A stretch of DNA of 64,000 nucleotides from Eledone cirrhosa (Eukaryota): NCBI GenBank assembly GCA_964016885.1, contig OZ024742.1, positions 152,396,001 to 152,460,000 on the forward strand, read 5' to 3'. The notes beneath the pieces were generated by a model that saw only the letters and a program-made list of their open reading frames with translations, did not search any database and was not told where the DNA came from. Shown here in pieces: positions 39,174-52,129 of the stretch (positions are counted from its first letter, which is position 1; the number at the start of each line of letters is the position of its first letter). Both the position numbers and the translations under genes were made by a program.

Positions 39174-41653
39174 TGTTCGACAACAACCCAGAACCGCATG
39201 TTCGACAACAACCAGAAGATGCTATTTGGACAGCTTGAGGGGAAAGAAAGAGGCAACAACTTGATCCATGGGGCGGAACAAACTAAAACATTCTGGAGAG
39301 GAATATGGGAGCAGGATGTTAGACATAATGACCAGGCAGTGTGGATTGAGACAGTACAGAAGGAGATCGGTGAACAGGCACACCAACAAACTGATTTGAG
39401 TATCACAGTTGAAACTCTTAAGGGGCAGGCCAAAAAACTAACCAACTGGAAATCACCAGGCCCAGATGGTGTGCAGGGGTATTGGATTAAAAATATAACA
39501 TCCCTCCACCCGAAACTGACAGCCATGTTCAATGACTGCTTGATGTCAGGTGAGGTACCAGAGTGGTTGACAAAAGGTACCACAGTTCTGATAATGAAAG
39601 ACCGAATCAAGGGTAATGATGTTACCAACTATAGACCTATCACATCTGTCCGTAATGTGGAAACTGTTGACGAGCATTGTGTCTGAGGAAATCTACCATC
39701 ACCACCACACAAACAACTTGTTACCGAACGAACAGAAAGGATGCCGAAAGAAGTCACGTGGTACAAAGGACCAGTTACTTATTGATAAGATAGTAATGGG
39801 GAATTGCAAGAGGAGACACACTGATCTTGCCATGGGATGGATAGACTACTGAAAGGCATTTGACATGGTGCCTCATTCTTGGATCACCAAAAGCCTGGAG
39901 ATCTTCAAGGTGGCAGATAACATCAGACGGTTGTTGGGCAAAAGTATGAGGTCCTGGGAAACAGAGTTGACATCAACTGGAGAATCCTTGGGAAGCGTGA
40001 AGATCAAGAGAGGTATCTTCCAGGGAGATAGCCTGTCCCCTCTGTTGTTTGTCCTTGCCCTGATGCCCCTGACAAGTGTACTGCGAAAAGTGAGAGCAGG
40101 ATACAGGTTGGGAAAGGGAGAGCTTACCATCAATCACCTCCTCTTCATGGACGATCTTAAGCTATTCGGGAAGAGTGAGAAGGAGTTGGATGTGCTTGTT
40201 GACACTGTCCGTATTTTCACCAATGATATATGTATGCAATTTGGTATTAGTAAGTGTGGAGTCATTGAGATGAAGAGGGGTAAGTTGAGCAGAAGTAACG
40301 GGATCCAGGTACCAACGGGTGAGATGATAAAGGAAATTGACTCTGAAGAAGGATACAAGTATTTGGGCGTTCTGGAGGCTGATGACATCAAGAACAAAAC
40401 AATGAAGGAATTGATAAGAACTGAATACATTCGGAGAGTAAGGAGCGTATTAAAGTCACATCTGAACAGCAGAAATGCCATAAGCGCAGTAAATTCCCGA
40501 GCTGTGTCTATTATTAGGTGCAGTGCGGGAATTCTGAGATGGAATGTTGCTGAACAAAAAGAAATGGATAGGATGACTAGTAAGCTATTGACTATCTACA
40601 ACATGTTCCACAAGAGGAGTGATGTCGATAGACTCTACTTAAGGAGATCTGAGGGTGGAAGAGGTCTTATCAGCATAGAGGACTGTGTTCAGATGTACAA
40701 AAACAACCTACACAAATACGTGACTGATAGTAAGGAGCCAATGCTCAGAACTGTAATGAAGGATGGACAATAGGCCAGGGGATGTCCAAGGAGGAAATAA
40801 CATCAAGGAGAAAGAGCAGCCTTCAGGAAAAATCCCTTCATAGTACCTTCTTTGAGAAAACTGAACTTAGAGATCCACAGACATGGAGCTGGTTGAGAAG
40901 AGGAGACCTAAAAAAGCTACAGAAGGAATGTTAATGTCTGCGCAGGAGAAGGCCCTCAAAACGAAGTGGTTGAAACACCATATTTACAAGGAGGAGGCTA
41001 GCCCACTGTGCAGGATCTGTGGAGAGAGGAGACTGTGGCTTACATTGTATCCGAGTGTAAACACCTAGCCCAGACCCACTATAAGGGCTGGAGACATGAT
41101 GTGATGGGTAGGGTGATCCACTGGCACCTGTGCAAAGTAAACAATTTACCACATTCTGAGAAATGGTATGAACATAAGCCAGAGGCGGTGATAGAGAACG
41201 ATCAGGTGAAGGTGCTGTGGGATTATAGGATACAGACGGACAAGAAACTGGAAAACAATAGACCTGACCTGGTGGTTGTGGACAAAGAAAAAAGATCGTG
41301 CCTGATTGTGGATGTGGCCTGCCCATTCGACACGAGAGTGCAAGAGAAGGAGAGGGAGAAAATTAACCGATACCATGACTTAAAGTGGGAGGTAAAAAGG
41401 ATTTGGAACTGCCATGAAGTCAAAGTGATCCCGATTGTCATAGGCGCACTGGGGACTATCTCCAAAAGTTTCCAGGGATGGTTAAAGAAAATCGGCCCTT
41501 TCACGCTTTTTGGAACGCTTCAAAAGGCATTCTTGCTGGGAACAGCAAGAACCCTCCGATACGTCCTGAATATCTGAGGCTGCAGGTGGTGGCTTGATAT
41601 TCATTCCAACGGACTTTCCAGTTAACTATCATCAATGACTGAGACTCAAGGAG
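39174..41653 (+). mobile_element. R4/Dong-like family A copy 2, 5'-truncated, with stops and frameshifts
   Basis: GIFQGDSLSP, HLLFMDDLK, RPDLVV and IVDVACPFD; same 3'UTR as 34590-34665. Confidence 0.93.
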
Positions 41654-41680
41654 TAATAACAATAATAGTAATAATAATAA

Positions 41681-41827
41681 TTCTTTATACTTTTGGCACA
41701 AGGCCAGCAATTGCCCAGTGTATTACTGGTACTTTATGTTATCGACCCCATAAGGATGAAAGGCAAAGTTAACCTCGGCTGGATTTGAACTCAGAATGGC
41801 AAGGGCCGTAACTCTATGCGTCAAAGC

Positions 41828-41829
<2 letters not shown>
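41681..41829 (-). mobile_element. SINE (Nin/Deu-type) inserted in (TAA)n
   Basis: Closely matches the reverse complement of 49621-49775. Confidence 0.88.
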
Positions 41830-41865
<36 letters not shown>

Positions 41866-41871
41866 AATAAT

Positions 41872-42488
41872 TAGATGAACAAAAATTGGTGGGGCAGGCT
41901 CGGGTAATAATAACTAATGGGTGGATAAGCGAGTGGAACTGCAGGAACTGAGCAGAGAGATTAGGTTGGAAATGGAGAGTGGAGTATGCCAGGCAAACGA
42001 GCCAGTGGGAAATGAAGGTGAAGAGGTTGAGAGAACGGAGGAACCATCCGAAGCAGACAATGATGTTCTGAATGCTGAAATAAATAATACCTGGAACAGA
42101 GTTACGGCCACTGAGGAGATGAATGCTGTCGGGCTAGGACAAGATTTGGTTGATATCCTAAAATTAGTGGTAGATGAAATGAACAATGATAGTGGGAAAC
42201 CTATGAACCTAAGATTTGTAGACAGGAAAAAGTTAAAACAAACAACAGCTAAGGTAAACAAAGTCATCCCATACCTTGAGACGAGGATCCTTTACCAGTG
42301 CAACAATATCCTCAAAGCAACAGCAAATGCGGTGAGGAAATTAATTGGCATAAAAGCGAGAGGAAACAACAAACAAGAAAGATCAGAATCTTGGTGAAAG
42401 AAACGACTGAATGGTCAAATCAGGGAAATGAAAAATGACATTGGAAAGCTTGAAATCTACCATCACCTGAGACTGAGACTCAAAGAAC
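41872..42488 (+). mobile_element. Internally deleted family A derivative (5' ORF part + 15 nt of RT region + 3' terminus)
   Basis: 41872-42453 matches the reverse complement of 63163-63740, then aatctaccatcacct, then gactgagactcaaagaac and (AAT)n. Confidence 0.85.
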
Positions 42489-42533
<45 letters not shown>

Positions 42534-42534
<1 letters not shown>

Positions 42535-45500
42535 TGTTCTTTATTAACCACGAGGGTTGACATAAAGTATAACATTAAGGACAGCACAGGACAATACAGG
42601 ACGGTACAAATGGGCATTTATGCGTGGAAAAACAAAAACACAGGATATAACAAAAAAGAAACAAGGAAAAAATTCCCCAATAGGGGGAGACTTCCGAGGG
42701 TCACTCGTGGAGAAAGCCCACACAAAATCCATGATTACCTTGACCGGTAGAGCAAGGGTCCTCTTCCAGTTTTCCTCCTATAATGTTGCAGACACATGAT
42801 CAGGTTAGGCCCATTCAAACGGGCCATTCTTGCCTCTCTCACCCATTTCAACAAACTGGCTAAAGGCAGCACTTCCCTCTCCACCCTGATTTTCCTGCTC
42901 AGGTGAAACCGAAAAAGTTAATGAGGGCGTCACCGAAGAGCAAATTACTCGTCTTCAACCCTTTCAGACGCATCCACCATACGACCTCTTTCGCCATTGC
43001 CGCCAAGCAGATAAAAACTGCCTGCCCTTCCCGGCTAAAGGAACCCGGTGGGGCAATCATCACGATGAACTCAGCTGATAGCTGGATCGGTCCTACATGC
43101 GACAGCAGGTGTTCGACATAAACCCACAAGTGTGCAATGCTCGGACACTAGACGACTGCGAACAGGACGGTTTCGTCGCCTTGCGCGCATGTATGACAGG
43201 CCCGGCTGACGGCACTTCCCTGCCTGTATTGTTTATCCCAAACCGGCAAATCCCGTCTAAAGCACTGCCAGGCTAGGCCAGGGATTTCTGGAAGTTGTCC
43301 ATGGGCCCCGGCTCGAAAGTTCTCCCGAAGAGATCGGCTAGCTGATTTTCGTTGACGCCCAAAGTATCTCCAAGCACATCATCGCTCTTTCTCTCCACTA
43401 ATCCTTTATAGAACGCCAAGGTGGAGTTTCCAACGATCGCATCGCCCGATTGGTCGAGGCCTGTGAGCGCCTGAATACATTTCAACCTCCAAGCGTTCCC
43501 TCTCGGTCTTCCCTTGATCCAGGCCTACAGCTCCGTCAAAGCTACAAGCTGGAGAAAAAACGCGTCTAATAAACGGCGACCACATCTGATCACTGTCCAG
43601 GAAGAGGTGGAGATGCCGAGGCCTAAGCGCATGTTTTCTCATCATCAGCCACGGCGTGACCAACCCTCCACGTAGCGGGTGTTGACACACATGTACCACC
43701 TGACCATCGGAGCGCCTCCCTTCTACAAAAAAACGAAAGTGCAAATGCTCAAACGCAGTCACGCGTGGCTAAGGACAAGGCATGACGTACCTAGGAATGT
43801 CTCCAGTCCACTGAAGAAATCAGGCCATCCTGCCCCTGTTGGGGCATAAACAGAAACTAGCCTAAAAGCATAGCCTTCGCTGATGGTCACGTCAAGAAAC
43901 ACCGACTTACTTTCTGGGTCCAGGAGGGGGTCCGTATCACGAGATCCAGGGCTCTCCAAAACAACACAGTGACTCCGCCTCCTGACCCCGGCCGGTTTGG
44001 AGATGCGTACACATCGTAACCGTCGAAGATGTGTGCGAAGGCATGTGCATCGGAAATTCTGTTCATTGACCTGAAGTCGTTGAGCAGGTGACCCAGGCTA
44101 CGTGCATTTATGCTGCCTATTCTGAGTAAGTTCATGTTGAAAAAGAGTGGCAAAAGATGAGAAAGACCACTTTCCTCAGTTCTTGTGGAGGAATAATGAT
44201 ATTTTCTTACTTCTGACTGTTTGTGGCCCCCTCCAGAGGGATGTCTTTATATATCCTCCTGGATAGTGTTTGCTGGAAATCTCCGATGTCCTTGAGGAAT
44301 TTTAATTTTAGGGATGTGTATATTTTCTGCGAGATAGGTGTGATTTGTATGTGTGTGGGTTGTGTGAATGTTTGAGGTGTTGTGTAGTTTCTCTTTGTGA
44401 TGCTGGTGTTGTGTCGGATCTACTGTAATAACTTTTTATTCTTCAAGTTGAATGCCGTGTAGTGTGTTTCGGTTTGGTTGCTTTGTTTTGGGTTTGTTTC
44501 TGTTTCTCTTGTTGGTATTCATGTTGGTGTTGGTGATGTTGGTTTTGGGGTCGATGATGGTGATGGTTTTGATGCTTGTGGTGATGGGGCTGGTGATGAT
44601 GGTGTCAGTGGTGGTCGTGGTGTGGTAGTTGTCTTAACTTTCTTGCTTTTTTTATTTGTTTGTTTCACCTTCTATATTTTTGGAGGCCGAAGGAAGAGGG
44701 TTCTTTCTTTTCTGGTTTCTTTTTCTTACAGATACAGTCCCCCCTCCTCCTCGTCACAATTGTCTCCAGCTATGAGAGATCAGTGAGTGGAATGTCCTCC
44801 ACAGGCGTTGTTGTTGGTTGTGGAATGGTGGATTGTGGTGGCGCTAGTATTTACTTCTGGCAAGGTGGGCAGTGGTGGTCTTGCTGTCGCTGCTGCTGCC
44901 GTCCTGCTGCTGTTTCTTCTGGTTGAGCCAGTGGGGTAGGCAGGAGAGGTTGCCTTAATCTGTTAGCTTTCCCCTGTGGACAGAGGACTTTAGGCGGGTT
45001 CCATCGCCACAAACGACGCACCTTGACCTTCTACCTTTCAACGATTACGGCTGCCGTCATCGACGTCTATCACTTCTGGAATCTCTTGGATATTTTTCTA
45101 GTCCGCCTGGATCAGGAGCTCTATTCCATCTCCAGACCAGTTCTCCTGTTTTATTCTTATCACCTAGATAATCTTTGTGTCGTGCTCGATGTCGGCGAGG
45201 ACGGAAGCCATCACTCAGAGACTTTCCACGCCCGACGGAACCTGGGTTACATTCACTCCCACGAGCCTTTATTGACAGGTATGATACCGTAAATAACCGC
45301 CGATGTTGCATGGTATTTGATGGAGGATTGAGGCTGATGCTGTAACCATTTTTTTTTTCGCCATTCGCCTGGCCTCATTCAATTGGTCCTGGCTTACCTC
45401 AATCGTTTCCTTCTTGTTCACCGCTTTCGCAAAAGACACAATTGGTTTTGCGCTGTTGTTGTTGTTGTTATTATTGTTATTTTTGCTGTTGGTGTTGTTG

Positions 45501-45985
45501 TTATTATTGTTATTTTTGTTATTATTATTTTTTGTTTCATTTCTTATTTGTGGTGTTGTGGTGCGCTTGGAAGCATTCTGCGTGGTAAACATTGGTAGAG
45601 CTGGAAAGTCCACTTTGTATTCACGAAATAAATTTTGGCCACCGCTACTGCTGCTACTGCCGTTCTTGCCGATGCTGCTGCTGCTGTTATTGCTTTCAGA
45701 ATTTTGGCTGTTCCACTCTATGGACACCCCGCCATTCCGTTTAGCGCACGCAATATTCATGTGCACCATCTTAATTGTCGTAGACGATTGAGGGGCGTGT
45801 TTCAAAAACAAACACAGATTTGGTCTTTAAGGGCTTCAAGTGGAGCTAAATGAAACTAGCTCATAAGGATACTGGTTTACTTACCTTCAAAACGATATCA
45901 AAATTTGAATGCAAAAAGTTGAATAACAGTGAAAATAGAACAAACTTACAGGAGCAAAGTGAATCACGTCTTGAAAGACTGAACT
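42534..45985 (-). mobile_element. Tx1/L1-clade retrotransposon: ORF1 + APE + C-terminus, RT deleted
   Basis: ORF2 start LRIGSINARSL, FRLVSVYAP, fused to CQHPLRGGL and MDNFQKSLAW. ORF1 remnants at 44940-45810. Confidence 0.88.
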
Positions 45986-46282
45986 ATAACAATAATAATA
46001 ATCTAATAATATATAATGCTCTTGTGTTTTTGTACGTCACGCACAGGGAAGTAACTCATCTATGTTTCAGTATTACAATATAAATACATACATATCCATA
46101 AACATATACAGTAAACAAAATAATGGTTACATACACACACATCTATGTGATGAGTGTGGAATGAATGGGGCTGTGAGAAACTATTGTAAACAGAGAACAG
46201 CGTTCGCTACACCTGTGTTACTCATAAATATAAAGGTATGCATATGCACACACACACACACACACATACACACACACACACA

Positions 46283-46325
<43 letters not shown>

Positions 46326-46835
46326 ACACAGACAAATACGCACATACACACACGCATACCCACGCACATATATGTGTGTGCATGTAATAATTATTTTCTC
46401 TGAGTCTGGTTATGTGTTTGTTTGTGTAGATGTGTGTGTGTGTGCGTGATAATGATTTTTAACTAGCGTCCTTAGATTGGCTATACCCTAGTGAGTGTAT
46501 GTGTGAGTGTTTGTGTGTGTGTTAGTGTTTGTGTGTATGTGTTGTTCAAGGAGCCAATTCCCTAGAAATATCGAAATAAATTAGAATTATCAAGAATATA
46601 AAACCACCGCAATTGAAATGTATATACAAATACACATCTACTCTTTAGCCGTTAATTTTGAGAGCGCGGGGCCAGCTAGTAATAATAATAATTTGTTTAT
46701 GTGCCACAATGAGCGCATTCATACAGACAATGAGAATAAATGTAGACATAGTAGTTACAAACGGGTGAAGGGGGACAAAAGCTAAGTTATATTAAAAGAG
46801 TGAGTATGCATGCATAATACATCACACACAGACAA

Positions 46836-46886
<51 letters not shown>

Positions 46887-47127
46887 AAAAAGTGGAGAAT
46901 AACATGGTCAACAGTACAAAAAAGGGAACTGTTTCCGATGATCTAGTATAGTTAACATCGTATTTAAAATTGAGTGGCACTGTTTTTAGTGTTCAGCAAT
47001 TTTTAGACAACTCTATCAGTGAAACAATTGTTAGACTGCAAATTAAACCCCCTTTTTTGTACAATTAACCACATTATTTTCCACTTTTTCAATTTTATTA
47101 CTCCAAGATAAATTTACATAGGAATAC
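46887..47127 (+). ncRNA. Family Z copy B: HHR inside an inverted repeat, plus tail
   Basis: gttt-CCGATGA (46935)...GAAACAATTGTT (47021)-agac. Arms aaaagtggagaataacatggtc / accacattattttccactttt; tail cataggaatac. Confidence 0.7.
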
Positions 47128-47167
47128 AAGTGAAATCATAAACTCGTCATCCAAAGGGGAAGCAACA

Positions 47168-49530
47168 ATGCGGGAACCACCAGCAACCCAACAAATCTAC
47201 AACAACTCACGACGCCCCCGACCCTCCACAGGAGGAGACACAGAAAATCACGTGGTACAACTACTCTACTCAGCGGCCGTAAAGAACAGCTTGGGCCGAT
47301 CATTCTTTGGAGCACTTGATAAATGCTTCCCGAGGGACCATAGATACCACAAGATCTTCAACAGACACACTCTGATGCTCTCGTATTCCACCCCGAGAAA
47401 TCTGGCCCAATACATAGATAGCATCAACAGGAGTAGGCTTAAAAACCAGACACAACCAGAAGATGGCAATACAAGCACTCAGCAGAACCATGTGAAAGGA
47501 GGGAAGGAGGGATCCAGTTCCCACTCAAGAAACCCAAACAGACCCGGGGACCGCCCCACCGCGCCTGGCGGAAGACCACCATATAACACCTAACGGGAAC
47601 CCCAATCTAGACACGCAGATTCGGGGTTTCTGCAGTTGCAGAGGTAGACCACCCTCTGCAACTGCAGAAACCCCGAATCATACCCCCTTGGTAATGAATG
47701 CCTTAAGAAGAACCTAGTATATGGTGGTAGGGTTAAAACCCCCAACTCCGAACACCTCTACCATAGGAGCCACATCAACGAGCTTTAATTACCGCTGGTA
47801 TAACCATCGCCATTCCTTCAATAAGGAGGCCAACAGGAATACTACGGCTCTCTCCGACCTGATCTGGAAGCTTAACCTGGACAGGACCCCGTACTCTCTG
47901 GCCTGGTACATAATCAGGAATGTACCAACCGATAAAGGGGGATCTTGCATATGCAAACTATGTCTGAACGAGACCCTCGAGATACTAAGAGGTGGAAGCG
48001 GCCTGATAAACCTCAGAACCGACTTCTTCGGCACATGCAGACACCTCAGGGCCGGGACCTTCCTCAAGATATATGGACAGTAGCAACACAATAAGAGGTG
48101 AACTCCCCTCAAGCTATAGTGACTTCTCCAGAACATGTAGACACGTCTCGGCCAAACCTCCCTCAAGCTATATGGGCAGTAACAACACCATAGGTTGGGA
48201 ACTCCCCTCAAGCCACAGGGACCAACCCAGGCTGAGCTGACACCATGATAGCGTAGAGATTGATTCTGACACAGCCTTTATAATTTTGCTAACATTGTTA
48301 TAACATACACACATGTTAATTTACCTGATTTTTTATTTTTCAATTTTGATTTTTCATTATTCGTTTGTTATTTGTTTTCTGTTTTCTTCACTTTATCACC
48401 TTATATTTATATTTAAGTTGAGATTGGTTATAACACACACACATTTTATTTGATTATCCTATTTCGTTTTATTCTTTTACCACCTTGTTCCTCCTACCAA
48501 ACTATCCAACATATTTGTGACCTTGAGATTGGTTATAGCACACACACATTTTATCTTATTTTATTCGAATCTTCATTTTATTTTTCACTTTTCATTTTCA
48601 TTTTTCATTTTTCATTACTTTTTCATTACCTTTTCATTAATTTTTCATTTATTCTCTATCTATTATTTATTCTCTGCTTACTTCATTTTATTGCCTTCTA
48701 TTTCTTCATATACATGATAGAACCCCCACCACTACCCCGACCACCCCCACCCCCACGGGAGATGGTGGCAGGAGGGATGAAGAAACACACACACACACAG
48801 ACACTTCTAAATTGTCAGTAGCAGCAAGATATAAGCTGACCACAACACCAACACCACTACCAAAATAAGGGTAGATGTCTGATGTACTTAACAGTAGCAA
48901 ACACAAACACTACAGGGAGCCTCACCCAGAAAGAATTTCTATAGACTTTGGACTGAGGAATACTCTCAAAACTGACCAATGGGAAGTTTGACCTAACAAA
49001 TCTTTATTACATTGAGATGGGTATAACACACACACATTTTATTCGATTATTTTATTTTATTTTATTCCTTTACCATCTTATTCCTTCTACAACTTTATCA
49101 CTTTTTTTAGCTGACTCCAACAATAACACCAGTACCAACATAAGAATAGAGGTCAGATGTACCTAACAATAACAAGAACAACAACTACAGATGGGCTTGC
49201 CTCAGAACGAATTTCTATAGACTTTTGACTGAGGAATGTTCTAACAACTGACCAATGAGAGGAGAAGAGGCCCTTTGACACTGAAATTCGTTTGTTTGAA
49301 TTCATATGATTCCAGTTCCTCAGAGAAATAGCAACCCAACCAGGAATTGGGCATATCAGAGTATTGACAAAGTTATACACCTCAACAACATATGTACTTG
49401 TATATACCACACTAATTCGGACTGCCTGAAGAGGTCACAGCCAAAGATGGCTGTCACCGAAATATATATAACAGTAACAAACGAAGCCAAATTTTAAACA
49501 TTTGACTTATTTATTTCATTTTATTTTATA
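47168..49530 (+). mobile_element. PLE #4 (Naiad-type) 3' part: thumb, zinc linker, GIY-YIG and repeat-rich 3'UTR
   Basis: DKCFPRDHRYHKIFNRHTLMLSYS, CNCRNPES.PLGNECLKKNLVY, IGATSTSFNYRWYNHRHSF, CKLCLNE and CRH. Confidence 0.88.
49421..49475 (+). ncRNA. Hammerhead ribozyme at the 3' end of PLE #4
   Basis: actgc-CTGAAGA-ggtcacagcca-aaga-tggctgtcacc-GAAA-TATATA-TA-acagt. Confidence 0.85.
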
Positions 49531-49567
49531 TATATATATATATATATATACCAATCAATAAACGTAA

Positions 49568-49777
49568 AGGAGGCTTAATCAATCGTCCTTGTTGGCAGTT
49601 TCGGTAGAGGGGCGGACGCCATGCTTTGACGCATAAAGTTACGGCCCTTGCCATTCTGAGTTCAAATCCTGCTGAGGTTAACTTTGCCTTTCATCCTTAC
49701 GGGGTCGATAAAATAAAGTACCAGTAATGCACTTGGTAATTGCTGGCCTTGTGCCAAAAAGTAGAAACAATTATTAT
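49568..49777 (+). mobile_element. tRNA-derived SINE (Nin/Deu-type)
   Basis: A-box-like tggcagtttcgg, B-box gagttcaaatcc, central domain and an attatt tail. Confidence 0.88.
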
Positions 49778-49868
49778 ACTAAACTTTGTACAGCTCGACC
49801 CCTCGCTACTGACCTGAACCTACAAATCGAACCTAAACAAACTATAGTAACTTGACGTTACACTCCCT

Positions 49869-49921
<53 letters not shown>

Positions 49922-49923
49922 TA

Positions 49924-50650
49924 ATTAGTATATCTACCAACATATATATACAGATGTATACCTATGCAAGCATATATATAGGTTTTGTCTTAGTAACTGT
50001 GTGGTTCAATGCAAGGGGATGCAGAACAATTATATGAAAAACGTAAAATAAGAAAATTCTAGTAATTAGCTTACTTACTTAAATTTCACTCCAACTAATT
50101 AGTTTCTGAAAGGGAGTATACATGGAGATCATGCAGAAACCTTTTCGTCATCAGGGAGTCATTCTCAGCTAAGATACCTGGCGATGCGTGGACACAGGGA
50201 ATTTATAAAAAAATATTCAGTGAACTAAATTCCAAGATACTGAAAAAATCACTGCCTTCTTGTTCGGTGGCGAATTCAAAAGAATCAATGACGTGACATC
50301 GAGGGAAATCAGTGAGGAGTGAGGAGTGGGGTGTTAAAAAGACAGTAGCCAAGCTGTTACTATGAACTATAGTAGTAATTTTGGCAAATTTTTGCTCAAC
50401 AAAATAATTTGGAGATAATTATAAGAAGGCAGTGATTTTTTCAGTATCTTTGAATTTAGTCCCCGCTGGATCTTTTCCACCCACTGAATATTTTTGTATA
50501 AGTTCCCTGTGTCCACGCATCGCCAGGTATCTTAGCTGATGACGAAAAGGTTTTTCCATGATCTCCATGTATATTCCCTTTCAGAAACTAATTAGTTGGA
50601 GTGAAATTTAAGTAAGTAAGCTAATTACTATAATTTTCTTATTTTACATT

Positions 50651-50656
<6 letters not shown>
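49924..50656. mobile_element. Family Y: minus copy 49924-50425 plus inverted plus copy 50426-50656
   Basis: HHRs at 50088-50159 (-, helix I actcc/ggagt) and 50536-50602 (+, 5' strand of helix I deleted). Confidence 0.88.
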
Positions 50657-50739
<83 letters not shown>

Positions 50740-50756
50740 TATGTATACGTAGGCAG

Positions 50757-50810
50757 GAAGGTATGTTGCTGACGATAGCTAATAAACTTGAAACTAGTAC
50801 AGCGTTCCTT
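50757..50810 (+). ncRNA. Minimal hammerhead ribozyme
   Basis: aggtatgttg-CTGACGA-tag-ctaataaa-ctt-GAAAC-TA-GTA-cagcgttcct. Helix III palindrome ACTAGT; weak helix II. Confidence 0.75.
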
Positions 50811-51099
50811 TGTCAGGGTTGAACAAATGAGCAACGATGGTTGCTAGACACTGTACGACATAATTCGGGATGTTTGTTTACAAACACAGCGAGCATTATA
50901 ATAAATATTCGGTGAATCCATACGTACATATATATATGGGTGCATGTATGTATATATACATACTACTGTACGTCTGTATACATATATGTATATATGATAA
51001 TATTTAACACAGTGAGTGCTGCGGACACTTTTGAAATAAGCAAAAGCTTTTCCTGTTTGGATCCTTCATCTATGGCGTTGACTCCAGAGCGTTTGAGTT

Positions 51100-52110
51100 T
51101 CTTGATTATTGCAAATGTTTACCTATTGATTTGAATGATATTAGTGATATTCTTGATACTAATGGTCATAAATTCAGCGTTGATGACCATGCCTTCCGAT
51201 GTCTTGTCAATATATGGCTCGATTTTTGTCAGGCTATCGATGTCAACTGGTAGAGGTAGATTGGCTATTGTTCTCCACTCACGATGTTTCGTATATTATC
51301 GCTGCGGTGTTGCATTGTTGACCCAGCGGGCATGATTCGTGTTTTTCAAGCGCATCCATAAACTTTGGGACACTGTTTTTTATACAGGTGGCGTGACTTG
51401 GCACAAGAGTATCCAATTTTGACCGTATAGAAGTTAAATATCTGGTAGTATTTGTGTCATAGGGGAAAGTGTGTATCTATTAGGGCTAAACACTTCTTTC
51501 TGAAATTAGTTTTGGCATTTAATGAGAAAGGAGGAATGAACCAGAATTTACTGTATTTCTACTTTTGTTTCCAATTAGTATTTGGGGGAATGGTCTGGAG
51601 TTTATGAAATATTCTCGGAGAAGCTGCTATTGCGTAAGGCTGAATTAGGGGGTTGCCCTCTCAAAAATGGCTTGGCTAGAAGCGAGAATAGAGATCCGCT
51701 GGCTGATATTCTTAAATAAATATTTGAAGACTGTACGGGGTTTCGCTAGTCTTATGGAAGGGTTTATGGATGAGCGTACTTAGATCTAGGTTGCAGTATA
51801 AGATGTTTACACTAATAAGGTTGGTAGATATGGTGATTTTTAGTCTTAGTTCTCTAAAAGTAATGATTAATGCTTTCCTAAGAACCTCAAGGTTGTGGCT
51901 ATTTTTATGGCTCGTAATCTCGTGCATAAGTTATGCAGGATAAAGAGCCCCACCAAAACACGAATATCTATGCTATCAAAGCAGCCGTTTGTCACAGATT
52001 TGTTGATCCAGGCCTTCCCCTTGTTGAAGAGGAGTGTTGTACAGTAGTGAGATATCACTAATCTATCCAAATCATGTATATCGCTAAATCTACCGGCGAA
52101 GTCCATGGCG
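51100..52110 (-). pseudogene. PLE #5 (Naiad-type), heavily decayed
   Basis: GCFDSIDIRVLVGLFILH, LKITISTNLISVNIL and WFIPPFSLNAKTNF..LIDTHFP, all homologous to PLE #1. Confidence 0.8.
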
Positions 52111-52129
52111 CTATCGAATATATATAAAC

